From an uncultured Bacteriovoracaceae bacterium (GTDB lineage: Bacteria > Bdellovibrionota > Bacteriovoracia > Bacteriovoracales > Bacteriovoracaceae): 64,000 bases of DNA. A program made the position numbers and the translations under genes. The notes beneath the pieces are model-generated. The model was not told where the DNA came from and searched no databases. It worked only from the letters and a program-made list of their open reading frames with translations. Below are positions 1 through 10,210 of the stretch, one piece after another; position 1 is the stretch's first letter; every line of letters begins with the position of its first letter. The stretch lies in the NCBI GenBank assembly GCA_964012805.1, contig CAXGUD010000003.1, forward strand, positions 32,001 through 96,000, given 5' to 3'.

Positions 1-47
1 TAAGGGTTATAATAGAAAAAAGTGACCTTTGGGAGGAATCTTTTCTT

Positions 48-3000
48 ATGACGACACAAATCATGACTGGAAATGAACTCATCATTCAAGGTGGACTTGA
101 AGCAGGTTTCTCCTTGTATACCGGTTACCCTGGGTCACCCCTGGCAGATTATTTTAATATTTTAAATCATAAAAAAAATGAAATGCAGAAAAAAGGAATC
201 CGTGTTGTTATAGGAAACTCGGAGGCCAATGCTGCTGCAATGGCAAGTGGAGCAAAGCAAGCTGGAAGAAATACTTTGCTTGCTATGAAGTCAATGGGTC
301 TTCATGTTGCTTCCGATGCACTATCAGTTGGAAACTTTGCTAATCCTGGAATACCAGAGAAGGATCCAAAAACTGGAGAAGAGCTCAATCCAGGTGTCGT
401 CGTAGTTGTTGGTGATGATCCTTGGTCGATTTCAACTTCAACTCCAGCAGACTCCAGGTACCTTTTTAAGCATCTTCACATACCTTTTTTAGAGCCTTCA
501 ACTCCTCAGGAACTCAAAGATTGGATTAAAGTGGCTTTAACCATTTCTCAAAAAACTTCTGTTTATCAAGGCCTACTTTTAACTACGTTCATGGCCGAAG
601 GGGGTGGTCGAGTAAAGTGTTATGAAGAGGTTACGGTTAACCAGGAGCTTGTCCACTTAGATCCAGATAAGTTTGATTTAAGCAAAAACGTCATGGTACC
701 CCCTAATTCTCTTATGGCCGATCATGAAATGATTAAGCAGAGGTTTCCAAAAATAAAAGATGTCTTGAAAGAGATGGACTTAGATAGTTTGTTTGGAAAT
801 AAAGAGTCCTCTGTGGGATTCATTTCTGCGGGAGTTGTTTTTGAAACTGTTAAACAAATTTTGGAGGAGAGGAACCTTTTAAAAAATTACTCTTTGTACA
901 AAATTGCTTGTTCATATCCTTTAGTTGATGAACTTCTTTTACCTTATCTAAAAAATTTAGAAACGCTCATTGTTGTTGAAGAGAAAAGAGGGTTTTTAGA
1001 AACTGAGTTGAGGGAGCTTATAGATAGGCATGGATTGAACCTTAAGGTTTACGGGAAATCTTTTAAATCAGGGGAAGGTGAAAAAGATTTAGAAGGTTTT
1101 CCTGCTTTTGGAGGGATTTCCTACGAAATTCTTCAAGAGAAGATTGAAAAGTTAATGAAGATTCTTCATCTTGAGAATGGAATAAAGGAGGAAGTGGACT
1201 TTGACACCTGGGATAGTTTTTTTCCAAAAAGGTTGCCTACTTTTTGTCCTGGTTGTCCACACAGAGAAACCTTAAGTCTTTTGAAAGATTTACGGAAAGT
1301 TCTTAAACAAAAAGATATTAACCTAGTTTCTCACGGAGACGTGGGGTGCTACTCTCTTTCATTTTTAGAGCCTTTTAAAGAAATGCACAATCTTTCAGCA
1401 ATGGGACAGGGAGGTGCTTTAGGTTCTGGAGTTGATCTTTTTACAACAAATCCTTCAGTCGTTCTAATGGGGGATTCAACTTTCTTTCATTCAGGGCTGA
1501 CAGATATTTCTAACTCAGTTCAGATGGGGCACAACATTACTTATATTCTTCTAGACAATGACAATACTGCGATGACAGGTCATCAAATGACTCCTGTTAG
1601 TGGAGAAAGTGTTGAAGGGCTGAAGAGGCCACGTCAAGATATGCTCCCGATAGTTAAAGGACTTGGAGCTGAAACTGTATTGGAGGTTAACCCTTCAGAT
1701 CGCTACTTCTATAAGAATATATTACAGAAGATGGTAGAATCTAAAGGTGTTAAGGTCATTATCTCAAATAAAGAATGTGGTCTTACTTTTCATGGACGTC
1801 AAAAATCCTTGGAAAGGAAGAAGTTTTCCAAAGGGGAAACTCTAGAGACAAAAAGCTTTTATCAAATCAATACTGCTGTTTGTGAGGATTGTAGAGAATG
1901 TGTTGAAATGACAGGTTGTCCGGGCCTTTCCAGAACTTTTGATGGTTATGGGAGTAAAGTTTCAATAGATCCTCAGATTTGCGTTGCAGACAGCTATTGT
2001 ACTAAAATTAAAGTATGCCCTAGCTTTGAGTTAGTTGAAGTTTCAGATTATCATCCAACATTAAAAAAGGATCTGCAGTCTTCTAAAGCTCAAAATGATG
2101 ATTTGCCTTCTCCAGATATTGCAAAAACGTTGGACCTTATTTCTAAAGGGGAAGACTGGAGAGTTGTAGTAACTGGTGTTGGTGGTTCTGGGGTTACTAC
2201 GATATCAAGAATTTTGGCAGAAGCCTCAAAGGAGATGGATGGAAGGGATGATCTTGATTTTAAGTTTATGGATCAAAAAGGTCTAGCTCAAAGAAATGGG
2301 CGTGTGACAGGGCACTTATCTGTTTATAAGAAGGGTAAGAGCCAGGGAGCCGTGACTCCTTTAGGTAAAGCAGACCTTCTTTTATCTCCAGACCTTTTAG
2401 ATGGTTCTCAAGCAATTTCTTTCCTTTCAAAATCGGGTAAGGCCCTCATAGACAATGATTTCCAAGTACCATTAAGTATTCTATTAGATCGAGAACTTGA
2501 AAAAGATGCTCTCAAAGAAGAAAACCTTAGGAATGATTTAAAGGAAAAGCTTGGCGAAAGGCTTGTTTTAAAATCTTTAAAAAAGAAGTCTTATGAAGTC
2601 TTCGGTAAAAGTGTTTACGCTTCAGCAATGCTTTTAGGTTTAGCTTATCAGGCAGGAAAGATTCCTTTTACATCAGATAATCTTAAAGACTCTTTTGAAA
2701 AATCTCTTCCAAAAAGAGAAGTTGAAAGTAATTGGAATGCTTTTATTTTGGGAAGAAAACTCTACTTGTCTAAAGAAGATAACTTGGAGTTACAAGGACA
2801 TGAAAGTAAAGAAGATAATAATTTTTACCTTGAAAGTATTAAAGAAAGCTTTCTTCCATGGGAAAATAAAGACAAAACTCTTTCCTTTTTTGACCGTACA
2901 ATAAGAGAACTTTATGAGTTGTTTCCAGAAGTAAATAGGTCTTTTCTTTCTCAATATGTACATGATTTGGCGATATATAATAGAGGAGAAGAAGCCAGTG

Positions 3001-3485
3001 ATTTTTTAGAAGGTGCCAGGAAAATAAAAGATTTGTACCCTTCAAAGGATCAAATGGTAATGGCCTTAAGGACATGGGTCCGAACTTTTTGGATAAAAGA
3101 TGAGGTTTTTGTCGCTCATCTTATGTCTAGTCCTGGACAGCACCAAATTAACCAAAAAGCCTACTCGAAATTAGGCTCAAGTTACAAAGTGACTCACATT
3201 AATAGACCTCGTTTTGATATTTTTGGAAAGGTTATAGAGTTTGATATTAATCCTAAAAAGTGGATGTTAAAAATTATGAGGCATATGAGATATCTAAGAA
3301 GGTTGATGCCTCAGTGGCATCAGAAGGAAAAAAAGATCGCGGCTTTTATTAGAAACCAAATTATTGATGTGATTCCCCATTTAAAAGAGGAAGAAAAGAG
3401 GGGTGAACTCAAGAAGTGTGAAAATGTAAAAGGCTACAGAGAAGTAAGGTATGAAAAGTTTAAAGAATATTTTGGAGAGGTTTGA
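48..3485 (+). CDS. Fused indolepyruvate/2-oxoacid:ferredoxin oxidoreductase (IorA+IorB in one chain)
   Basis: GYPGSP N-terminal motif; FCPGCPHR, GDVGCY, TPP-binding GDSTFFHSG and DNDNTAMTGHQ; ferredoxin cysteines CEDCRECVEMTGCP...CPSF; beta-subunit GVGGSGVTT and DQKGLAQRNG; SD GGAGG upstream. Confidence 0.92.
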   Translation: MTTQIMTGNELIIQGGLEAGFSLYTGYPGSPLADYFNILNHKKNEMQKKGIRVVIGNSEANAAAMASGAKQAGRNTLLAMKSMGLHVASDALSVGNFANPGIPEKDPKTGEELNPGVVVVVGDDPWSISTSTPADSRYLFKHLHIPFLEPSTPQELKDWIKVALTISQKTSVYQGLLLTTFMAEGGGRVKCYEEVTVNQELVHLDPDKFDLSKNVMVPPNSLMADHEMIKQRFPKIKDVLKEMDLDSLFGNKESSVGFISAGVVFETVKQILEERNLLKNYSLYKIACSYPLVDELLLPYLKNLETLIVVEEKRGFLETELRELIDRHGLNLKVYGKSFKSGEGEKDLEGFPAFGGISYEILQEKIEKLMKILHLENGIKEEVDFDTWDSFFPKRLPTFCPGCPHRETLSLLKDLRKVLKQKDINLVSHGDVGCYSLSFLEPFKEMHNLSAMGQGGALGSGVDLFTTNPSVVLMGDSTFFHSGLTDISNSVQMGHNITYILLDNDNTAMTGHQMTPVSGESVEGLKRPRQDMLPIVKGLGAETVLEVNPSDRYFYKNILQKMVESKGVKVIISNKECGLTFHGRQKSLERKKFSKGETLETKSFYQINTAVCEDCRECVEMTGCPGLSRTFDGYGSKVSIDPQICVADSYCTKIKVCPSFELVEVSDYHPTLKKDLQSSKAQNDDLPSPDIAKTLDLISKGEDWRVVVTGVGGSGVTTISRILAEASKEMDGRDDLDFKFMDQKGLAQRNGRVTGHLSVYKKGKSQGAVTPLGKADLLLSPDLLDGSQAISFLSKSGKALIDNDFQVPLSILLDRELEKDALKEENLRNDLKEKLGERLVLKSLKKKSYEVFGKSVYASAMLLGLAYQAGKIPFTSDNLKDSFEKSLPKREVESNWNAFILGRKLYLSKEDNLELQGHESKEDNNFYLESIKESFLPWENKDKTLSFFDRTIRELYELFPEVNRSFLSQYVHDLAIYNRGEEASDFLEGARKIKDLYPSKDQMVMALRTWVRTFWIKDEVFVAHLMSSPGQHQINQKAYSKLGSSYKVTHINRPRFDIFGKVIEFDINPKKWMLKIMRHMRYLRRLMPQWHQKEKKIAAFIRNQIIDVIPHLKEEEKRGELKKCENVKGYREVRYEKFKEYFGEV

Positions 3486-4850
3486 GTGATAAGAGAAGCA
3501 GTTTCAGGAATTTTTACTTTTGGGAAAGAGGTTTTTATAACCCACAGGCAAAATTACTTGAGGGCCTTTCCTGGCTATCATGCTTTCCCGGGAGGTAAAG
3601 TTGATAAAGAAGACTCTTTGGAGGGAAATCAAGATGAACAAAAATTATTTTCTGAGGATGTTTTATTAAAGAAGTTTCCATTGCGCTTTATGAGGGCCCT
3701 CAATAGAGAAATGAAAGAAGAGTTGGGCATTGATATTTTAAAGCTTATTAAAAATAATTTAGTTAATGATATTCATGAAATTGGAATTGGGATAACTCCC
3801 GCATTTAATCCTTATCGCTATGACACTCATTTTTACATTATTGACCTCGCAGAAAAGGTTTCATTTGATGTTGCTAAAGATGAAGCTCAAGATGCCTATT
3901 GGTCTACTCCATCTGAGATTTTAGAAAATTATAAAAAAGCTCAAGTTATGGCCGTTCCTCCAATTATTGTAATCTTAGAAGCTTTAAGTTCGGATATAAA
4001 AAGAAGGGATTATGTTGAGCTGAGTCTAGATTATGACCCTGAATTAGAAATTCCAATGATTGAAAGTGTTTATGGAATTAAACAATTTATTCCTTTAAGC
4101 AATACAATTCCACCAGCGAATAGAACAAATTCTTTTCTTATTGGTGATAAAGGAGAAGCTTTTTTGATTGATCCTTCACCAAAAAATAAAGGTGAAAAAG
4201 AAAAGTTTTTGAAAAGTTTGGAAAATCATGAAGTGAATGGAGTTTTTTTAACTCATCATCATAAGGATCACCACGAATTTGCGCCAGACTTTGCCCTACA
4301 TTTTGGAGTGCCTCTTCTTTGCAGTAAAGACACTTATCAAAGAATCAGAAAAAATTGGGGTGAAAATTACTTTAAAGGTATTGAAGTAAAAGTTGTTGGT
4401 GAGGGAGATCTTCTTACCCACAGTTTGGGGAAAAAAGTTAACCTTTATCATGTACCAGGACATGATGAAGGGCAATTAGCTTTGGCCAATGAAAGCCTTG
4501 ACTGGTTCATTGCTGGAGATCTTATTCAGGGAATTGGGACTGTTGTTGTCGGTGGACCTGAAGGAAATATGAAAAAGTATATGAACTCTTTAGATAGAGT
4601 TATCAAGCTAGGACCTAGATTTATTTTTCCTTCTCACGGAATAGGTCTGGGAGGAACTTTCAAGATTGAGGAAACTTTAAAGCATCGCTTTATGAGAGAA
4701 AATCAAATAAGAGGGTTTTTGAAAGAGGGAAAGACTAAAGAAGAAATTTTAAAACTGATCTATCACGACATTTCTCCCCACTTACTTCCTTTGGCCATGA
4801 AAAATATTCATTCTCATCTAGAAAAGATTGAAGAAGATGAGAATGAATAA
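3486..4850 (+). CDS. Nudix hydrolase / metallo-beta-lactamase-fold fusion protein
   Basis: FPGGKVD...REMKEELG split Nudix box; THHHKDH, PGH, GD and SHG MBL metal motifs; GTG start immediately after the IOR stop. Confidence 0.9.
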   Translation: MIREAVSGIFTFGKEVFITHRQNYLRAFPGYHAFPGGKVDKEDSLEGNQDEQKLFSEDVLLKKFPLRFMRALNREMKEELGIDILKLIKNNLVNDIHEIGIGITPAFNPYRYDTHFYIIDLAEKVSFDVAKDEAQDAYWSTPSEILENYKKAQVMAVPPIIVILEALSSDIKRRDYVELSLDYDPELEIPMIESVYGIKQFIPLSNTIPPANRTNSFLIGDKGEAFLIDPSPKNKGEKEKFLKSLENHEVNGVFLTHHHKDHHEFAPDFALHFGVPLLCSKDTYQRIRKNWGENYFKGIEVKVVGEGDLLTHSLGKKVNLYHVPGHDEGQLALANESLDWFIAGDLIQGIGTVVVGGPEGNMKKYMNSLDRVIKLGPRFIFPSHGIGLGGTFKIEETLKHRFMRENQIRGFLKEGKTKEEILKLIYHDISPHLLPLAMKNIHSHLEKIEEDENE

Positions 4851-4859
4851 ACCTGGTCC

Positions 4860-5501
4860 TTACTTCTTTAGGAGGACGAAATAACCGACTGTTTTATTCT
4901 TTTTTAGAGTTTTTGTAATTTTGAATCCTCTTCCAATGACCATTTTATCGTTCAACTGGTGAAGATTATCTTTGAGTCCGCCACCATACACAATGCTTCT
5001 TTTGTTATTTTTGATTTTGGAAACACTACGTCCTTTCCAGGCATTAAACTTTTCTATAGGAATAATGCTTTTAAAGTCTTCACCGTAATCAATATAAATA
5101 TCACCGTTTTCTTCGTTCGTTTTGACCTCAAAGAAGCCAGGTCCTCCAAGGAATTCTATTTTACTTTTATTATATCCGAATATTTTATCTCCCTCTAAAG
5201 TATCTATGGTAAAAAAGTGTTTTTCGAATGCCTTAAAAATAGGGAAGCTGTTAACACCGAAAAATTTTTGAACTCTCATCGCTTGTCTCTTTTTAGGAGG
5301 AAGAAAAAAACTTAATCTTGGTTTTTCATTCCATCTAGATTCTTCAAAAAGGCAAGCCATATCCTTTTTCTTGAGCTTTTTTAATATTTCTTGCTTTTCC
5401 TCGAAGCTTTTATAAAGGAGTGAACTGTTCAACTTTTCAAGACAGGCAAAAGAATGAACTCCATTTAACAATAGAACAACTGAAACGATCCATTTGGTCA
5501 T
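4860..5501 (-). CDS. Hypothetical secreted protein
   Basis: 213-aa ORF, N-terminal signal peptide (MTKWIVSVVLLLNGVHSFA), GGAGG SD upstream. Confidence 0.75.
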   Translation of the reverse strand: MTKWIVSVVLLLNGVHSFACLEKLNSSLLYKSFEEKQEILKKLKKKDMACLFEESRWNEKPRLSFFLPPKKRQAMRVQKFFGVNSFPIFKAFEKHFFTIDTLEGDKIFGYNKSKIEFLGGPGFFEVKTNEENGDIYIDYGEDFKSIIPIEKFNAWKGRSVSKIKNNKRSIVYGGGLKDNLHQLNDKMVIGRGFKITKTLKKNKTVGYFVLLKK

Positions 5502-5594
5502 TAAAAACCTCCGTTTTAACTCAGGTAAAAATTCTTAATTGATTTATTTTCATAGAAGATAAATCAACAATTGCTCCACCACAATAAAAAAGCG

Positions 5595-5621
5595 TCAAGA
5601 CATTTTTATTTTTTCCGAAAG
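5595..5621 (+). promoter_or_regulatory. Putative sigma28 (FliA)-type promoter for the CheY-like gene
   Basis: TCAAG-N14-TCCGAAAG, similar to the TCAAG/TAAA...GCCGATAA consensus, upstream of a CheY-like gene. Confidence 0.45.
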
Positions 5622-5667
5622 ATACTATGAATTTAGGATTTTTTTTAAACGCCTAAGGAGAGATTTC

Positions 5668-6039
5668 ATGGCCAGAATACTTATCATAGATGATTCAGAT
5701 TCAGTAAGGTCAACCTTGAAAAACCTTTTGACAGAAATGAAACATCAGGTCGTTGAAGCAGAAGACGGACAGATTGCTCTTGAAATATTGGATAATGAAC
5801 AAAACTTTGATCTAATCATGTGCGATGTGAATATGCCTAATGTTAATGGAATGGAGTTCATAGAGCAGCAAAGTGCTCGAGAAGGGATAAAGTCTATTCC
5901 AACTATCATGTGTACGACAGAATCACACCCAAAGTTAGTTTTGAAAGCTAAGCGAGTTGGTGTAGTTAGGGCATGGTTAGTTAAGCCTTTTAAAGCACAA
6001 AGATTAAAGGAAACCTTAGAAAGGATTTTACCTGCTTAA
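5668..6039 (+). CDS. Single-domain CheY-like response regulator
   Basis: IIDD, phosphoacceptor D in CDVNMP, conserved T in MCTTE, KPF. Confidence 0.9.
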   Translation: MARILIIDDSDSVRSTLKNLLTEMKHQVVEAEDGQIALEILDNEQNFDLIMCDVNMPNVNGMEFIEQQSAREGIKSIPTIMCTTESHPKLVLKAKRVGVVRAWLVKPFKAQRLKETLERILPA

Positions 6040-6176
6040 CACCCCCTCTTATTTATCCATCAACATAAAATTATGAGAAGCTAAGTGCCAACTTTTCTAT
6101 CTAACAAGGGTGGTCTTGTCACTTAGCGGAATTTTTTTAATAATTCCCGCGTTTGTCAAATATCGGAGAATAACGG

Positions 6177-7802
6177 ATGGATATTTTAACTTCCCATGTG
6201 GACTGTTCTTCCCCCCTTTTTAAAGAAAATGAAGGTTTTCACCTTGGCTTAAAGGATGAGCTGAGAAGTAGACTCGAACATGTTAAGAAAGGTGGCGGTG
6301 AAAAATCTATTGAGCGTCATAGAAAAAGGAAAAAGTTATTACCTAGAGAGAGGATTGAGAAGATTCTCGATGAGGGTTCCCCTTTTCTAGAATTAAGTCC
6401 ACTTGCAGCTTTTGATCTTTACCGAGAAGAAGTGCCAAGCGCGGCAATTGTTTGTGGAATTGGAAGAATTCATGGTGTTGAGTGCATGCTTATTGCCAAT
6501 GACGCAACTGTTAAGGGCGGGACTTACTTTCCAATGACAGTTAAGAAGCACCTACGTGCTCAAGAGGTAGCACTTGAAAATAGTTTGCCATGTGTCTATT
6601 TAGTAGACTCTGGTGGGGCTTTCCTTCCCAAACAAGATGAAGTTTTTCCAGATAAGGAACATTTTGGGAGAATCTTTTTTAATCAGGCGCAAATGTCTGG
6701 AAGAGGAATCCCTCAAGTGGCGGTTGTGCTAGGTTCTTGCACTGCTGGTGGAGCTTACGTTCCAGCAATGGCCGATGAGTCAGTCATTGTGAAAAAAAAT
6801 GGGACAATTTTTTTAGCGGGACCTCCTTTGGTGAAAGCTGCAACAGGTGAAGAAGTAACGGCTGAAGAGCTTGGAGGAGCAAGTGTTCACACTTCCCAAA
6901 GTGGTGTGGCCGATCATTTTGCAGAAGATGAAGAAGAAGCCTTAGAGATTACAAGAAATATAATTGAAAATTTAAATTATAAGTCCAAGGGTTATCTTTT
7001 AAGGCAAAAAGAAATTAAAAAAGAGGTTAAGCCTCCTGTTTATGATGCCAAAGAGCTCTATGGAATCGTAAATAAAGATACGAAAATCCCTTTTGATGTT
7101 AGAGAAGTTATTGCAAGACTTGTCGATGGATCAGAGTTTCATGAATTTAAAGAGAGGTTTGGGACAACCTTGGTTTGCGGCTTTGCTCACCTTTATGGTC
7201 ACCCAGTTGGAATTGTGGCAAATAATGGAATTCTTTTTTCTGAAAGTGCGGTTAAAGGAGCTCACTTTATTGAACTTTGTGGTCAAAGGAAAATCCCCCT
7301 TATTTTTCTTCAAAATATAACAGGCTTTATGGTTGGAAAAAAATATGAGGGAGAAGGTATTGCTAAACATGGAGCTAAAATGGTGACGGCTGTCTCAACC
7401 GTGAAGGTTCCTAAGTTAACTGTCATTATTGGAGGCTCATTTGGAGCAGGAAACTATGGAATGTGTGGACGAGCTTACAGTCCTCGCTTTTTGTGGATGT
7501 GGCCTAACGCAAGAATCTCGGTCATGGGAGGAGAACAAGCAGCTGGAGTTTTAAGCACTATTAGAAATACTAACTTAACGACGAAAGGCGAGTCAGAGAT
7601 GACTGATGATGAACGACAGGATTTCGAGAAGCCTATATTGGAAAAATATGAAAGAGAAGGATGCGCTTATTATGGCTCCGCTCGCCTTTGGGATGACGGT
7701 GTTATTGACCCTTCTCAAACAAGAGAAGTTCTCGCTCTTGGCTTGGAAGCTGCCTTGAATACTGAAATTGAAGAAACTCGTTTTGGGGTTTTCCGAATGT
7801 AG
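6177..7802 (+). CDS. liuB: 3-methylcrotonyl-CoA carboxylase beta (carboxyltransferase) subunit
   Basis: [54 protein letters not shown]-terminal FGVFRM. Confidence 0.95.
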   Translation: MDILTSHVDCSSPLFKENEGFHLGLKDELRSRLEHVKKGGGEKSIERHRKRKKLLPRERIEKILDEGSPFLELSPLAAFDLYREEVPSAAIVCGIGRIHGVECMLIANDATVKGGTYFPMTVKKHLRAQEVALENSLPCVYLVDSGGAFLPKQDEVFPDKEHFGRIFFNQAQMSGRGIPQVAVVLGSCTAGGAYVPAMADESVIVKKNGTIFLAGPPLVKAATGEEVTAEELGGASVHTSQSGVADHFAEDEEEALEITRNIIENLNYKSKGYLLRQKEIKKEVKPPVYDAKELYGIVNKDTKIPFDVREVIARLVDGSEFHEFKERFGTTLVCGFAHLYGHPVGIVANNGILFSESAVKGAHFIELCGQRKIPLIFLQNITGFMVGKKYEGEGIAKHGAKMVTAVSTVKVPKLTVIIGGSFGAGNYGMCGRAYSPRFLWMWPNARISVMGGEQAAGVLSTIRNTNLTTKGESEMTDDERQDFEKPILEKYEREGCAYYGSARLWDDGVIDPSQTREVLALGLEAALNTEIEETRFGVFRM

Positions 7803-7817
7803 AAATTTTGAGGGGGT

Positions 7818-8612
7818 GTGAGTATGAGTGGTTCATTTTATTTAGATGACTTTAACGAAGAGATTGGCGTTTTAAGAGTTAGCTTTAACCGACCTGAGGT
7901 AAGGAATGCTTTTAATGATGAAATGATTGAAGAACTCATAAATCTTTTTTCATCTATAGCAAAAAGAGAAGATGTAAGACTTGTTCTTCTGGAAGGAAAA
8001 GGAAAAGCTTTTTCTGCTGGAGCTGACCTTAACTGGATGAAGAAAATGAAGGACTACTCCAGTGAAGAAAACAAAAAAGATAGTGAAAGATTGGCAGAGC
8101 TTTTTAAAACTATGAATGCGCTTCCGCAACCCCTCGTTGCACTTGTTAAAGGGCACACTTTGGGGGGAGGGACTGGTATTCTGTCTGTCTGTGATTTCGT
8201 ACTGGCTGAAGAAAATTCGAAATTTGGCTTTACTGAGGTTCGCCTTGGCCTTGTACCAGCGGTCATTTCCCCATTTGTAATTGCAAAAATAGGTGAAAGC
8301 CAGGCAAGAGCTTACTTTTTATCTGGAGAAATTTTTAAAGCTGATGTGGCGCTTAGAATGGGTTTGATCCATAAAGTTGTACCCGGTGAAGTTTTTGATC
8401 AGGAATGTGAGCGGCTTGTTTTAGAATTTTTGAAGGCAGCACCTAAGGCTTCTAAGGAAGCCAAGGAACTTGTCTTGCGGGTTAAGTCTTTAAAGAGTGA
8501 TGAGTTAACAGATTATACCTGTCAAACGATTGCTAGAATAAGAACTGGTGAAGAGGGGCAAGAAGGAATGAAGGCCCTTCTTCAAAAAGAAAAAGCTCCA
8601 TGGATTAAATAA
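7818..8612 (+). CDS. liuC: Methylglutaconyl-CoA hydratase (crotonase family)
   Basis: RPEVRNAF, FSAGADLNWM, GGGTG, TEVRLGLVPAVISP; lies between the MCC subunits. Confidence 0.88.
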   Translation: MSMSGSFYLDDFNEEIGVLRVSFNRPEVRNAFNDEMIEELINLFSSIAKREDVRLVLLEGKGKAFSAGADLNWMKKMKDYSSEENKKDSERLAELFKTMNALPQPLVALVKGHTLGGGTGILSVCDFVLAEENSKFGFTEVRLGLVPAVISPFVIAKIGESQARAYFLSGEIFKADVALRMGLIHKVVPGEVFDQECERLVLEFLKAAPKASKEAKELVLRVKSLKSDELTDYTCQTIARIRTGEEGQEGMKALLQKEKAPWIK

Positions 8613-8672
8613 GGCCTTAAGAAGATTTTTGTAGGCCAAAAAGGTTTGATTTCAAAAACAATTTGAGGAAAT

Positions 8673-10196
8673 TTGATGAACTCTAAAACAACTCTGAGAA
8701 AAATAAAGAAGGTTTTAATTGCAAACCGTGGAGAAATTGCCGTTAGAATTATGGAAACCTGTCGGTTGATGGGTATAAAAACCGTTAGTCTTTATCATCT
8801 TGAAGAAAAAGAGCTTCCCCACTCCTTGCTAGGTGATGAATCTGTTTGTCTAGGAGAGGGGAGTCTGCACGAAACTTATCTCAACGGTGAAAAAATAGTT
8901 GAAGTGGCCCTTGCAAAAGGTGCTGACGCTATTCATCCTGGTTATGGTTTTTTATCTGAAAATGCCGATTTCTCTAAAAGAGTCCGAGACGCAGGAATTT
9001 TATTTATTGGGCCCCAAGCAGAAACAATGACCCTAATGGGAGATAAAACAGAAAGTAAAAAAGCTATGGAAAAATTGAGGGTTCCCATCATTCCTGGTTA
9101 CCATGGTGACAATCAAGACGATTCTTTTTTACGGGAAGAAGCTCAAAAAATTGGTTATCCACTCCTCATAAAAGCCTCTGCTGGCGGGGGAGGAAAAGGG
9201 ATGAGGGTTGTTTACGAAGATGATCTATTTTTTGAGTCATTGGAGTCTGCAAGAAGAGAGGCCCATAATGCTTTTGGGAATGATAAAGTCTTAATTGAAA
9301 AATATATTGAAAACCCTCGTCATATAGAAGTTCAGGTTCTCTCCAGTTGTCATGGAGAGCATTTCCATTTATTTGAAAGGGAATGCTCTATTCAAAGAAG
9401 GCACCAAAAAATTATAGAAGAGTCTCCATCACCCGCTTTAAAGGACGATTTAAGACTAGAAATGTGCAAGGTCGCTGTTCAAATAACGGAGGGTATCCAA
9501 TATGAGGGTGCAGGGACTATAGAGTATATTTTGGATGAAGATGGAAGTTTTTATTTTTTAGAGATGAATACTCGTCTTCAAGTTGAGCACCCTATTACTG
9601 AAATGGTGACTGGGGTTGACCTGGTTAAATCTCAGATAGAAGTTGCAGAAGGAAGAAGTCTTTCTTTTAAACAATCAGATTTAGAGCAAAAGGGTCATGC
9701 CATCGAAGCGAGAGTTTATGCTGAAAATCCTGATCAAGACTTTCTTCCCTCGGTAGGCGATATAGTAACTGTCGGTAACCCGAAGGGAAGTGGGGTAAGG
9801 TTTGATTGTGGTTACCAGGATGGAAATACTGTCTCAATTAAATATGATCCAATGCTCGCTAAGCTTATCTGTTGGGCAGAAGATAGAGAGACGGCCATTT
9901 CAAAAATTAAAATGTCCTTGGAACAAGTCCTCTTTGCGGGTCTAAAAACAAATAGGCAATACCTTCAAAGAATTTTAGATTTGGAAGACTTTGAAAAGGG
10001 AATCACTTTTACTCATTTCATTCCAAAGCATTCTGAAGATTTGAAAGATAAAGGTCCTACAAGTAATGAATTGGCTTTAGCCATTGCAGCTCATTTCTTG
10101 TGTTCAGAGAAAGGTCAGAGCTCCTCTTCTCAGGAATATGGCCCTCGAGTTGATAGAGCTTCGTGGGATCTTTTAAGTAATTTTAGGAACTCTTAG
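8673..10196 (+). CDS. liuD: Biotin carboxylase part of the methylcrotonyl-CoA carboxylase alpha subunit
   Basis: ANRGEIA, HPGYGFLSEN, GGGGKGMR, ERECSIQRRHQK, EMNTRLQVEHP; no biotinyl domain. Confidence 0.9.
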   Translation: MMNSKTTLRKIKKVLIANRGEIAVRIMETCRLMGIKTVSLYHLEEKELPHSLLGDESVCLGEGSLHETYLNGEKIVEVALAKGADAIHPGYGFLSENADFSKRVRDAGILFIGPQAETMTLMGDKTESKKAMEKLRVPIIPGYHGDNQDDSFLREEAQKIGYPLLIKASAGGGGKGMRVVYEDDLFFESLESARREAHNAFGNDKVLIEKYIENPRHIEVQVLSSCHGEHFHLFERECSIQRRHQKIIEESPSPALKDDLRLEMCKVAVQITEGIQYEGAGTIEYILDEDGSFYFLEMNTRLQVEHPITEMVTGVDLVKSQIEVAEGRSLSFKQSDLEQKGHAIEARVYAENPDQDFLPSVGDIVTVGNPKGSGVRFDCGYQDGNTVSIKYDPMLAKLICWAEDRETAISKIKMSLEQVLFAGLKTNRQYLQRILDLEDFEKGITFTHFIPKHSEDLKDKGPTSNELALAIAAHFLCSEKGQSSSSQEYGPRVDRASWDLLSNFRNS

Positions 10197-10210
10197 GAGG
10201 GGTTAAGTCT

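Noticed and set aside
3483..3488. Possible TGA readthrough or selenocysteine fusing IOR to the in-frame Nudix-MBL ORF
   Set aside because: The GTG has its own SD (GGAGAGG), both proteins look complete, and no SECIS-like hairpin is evident
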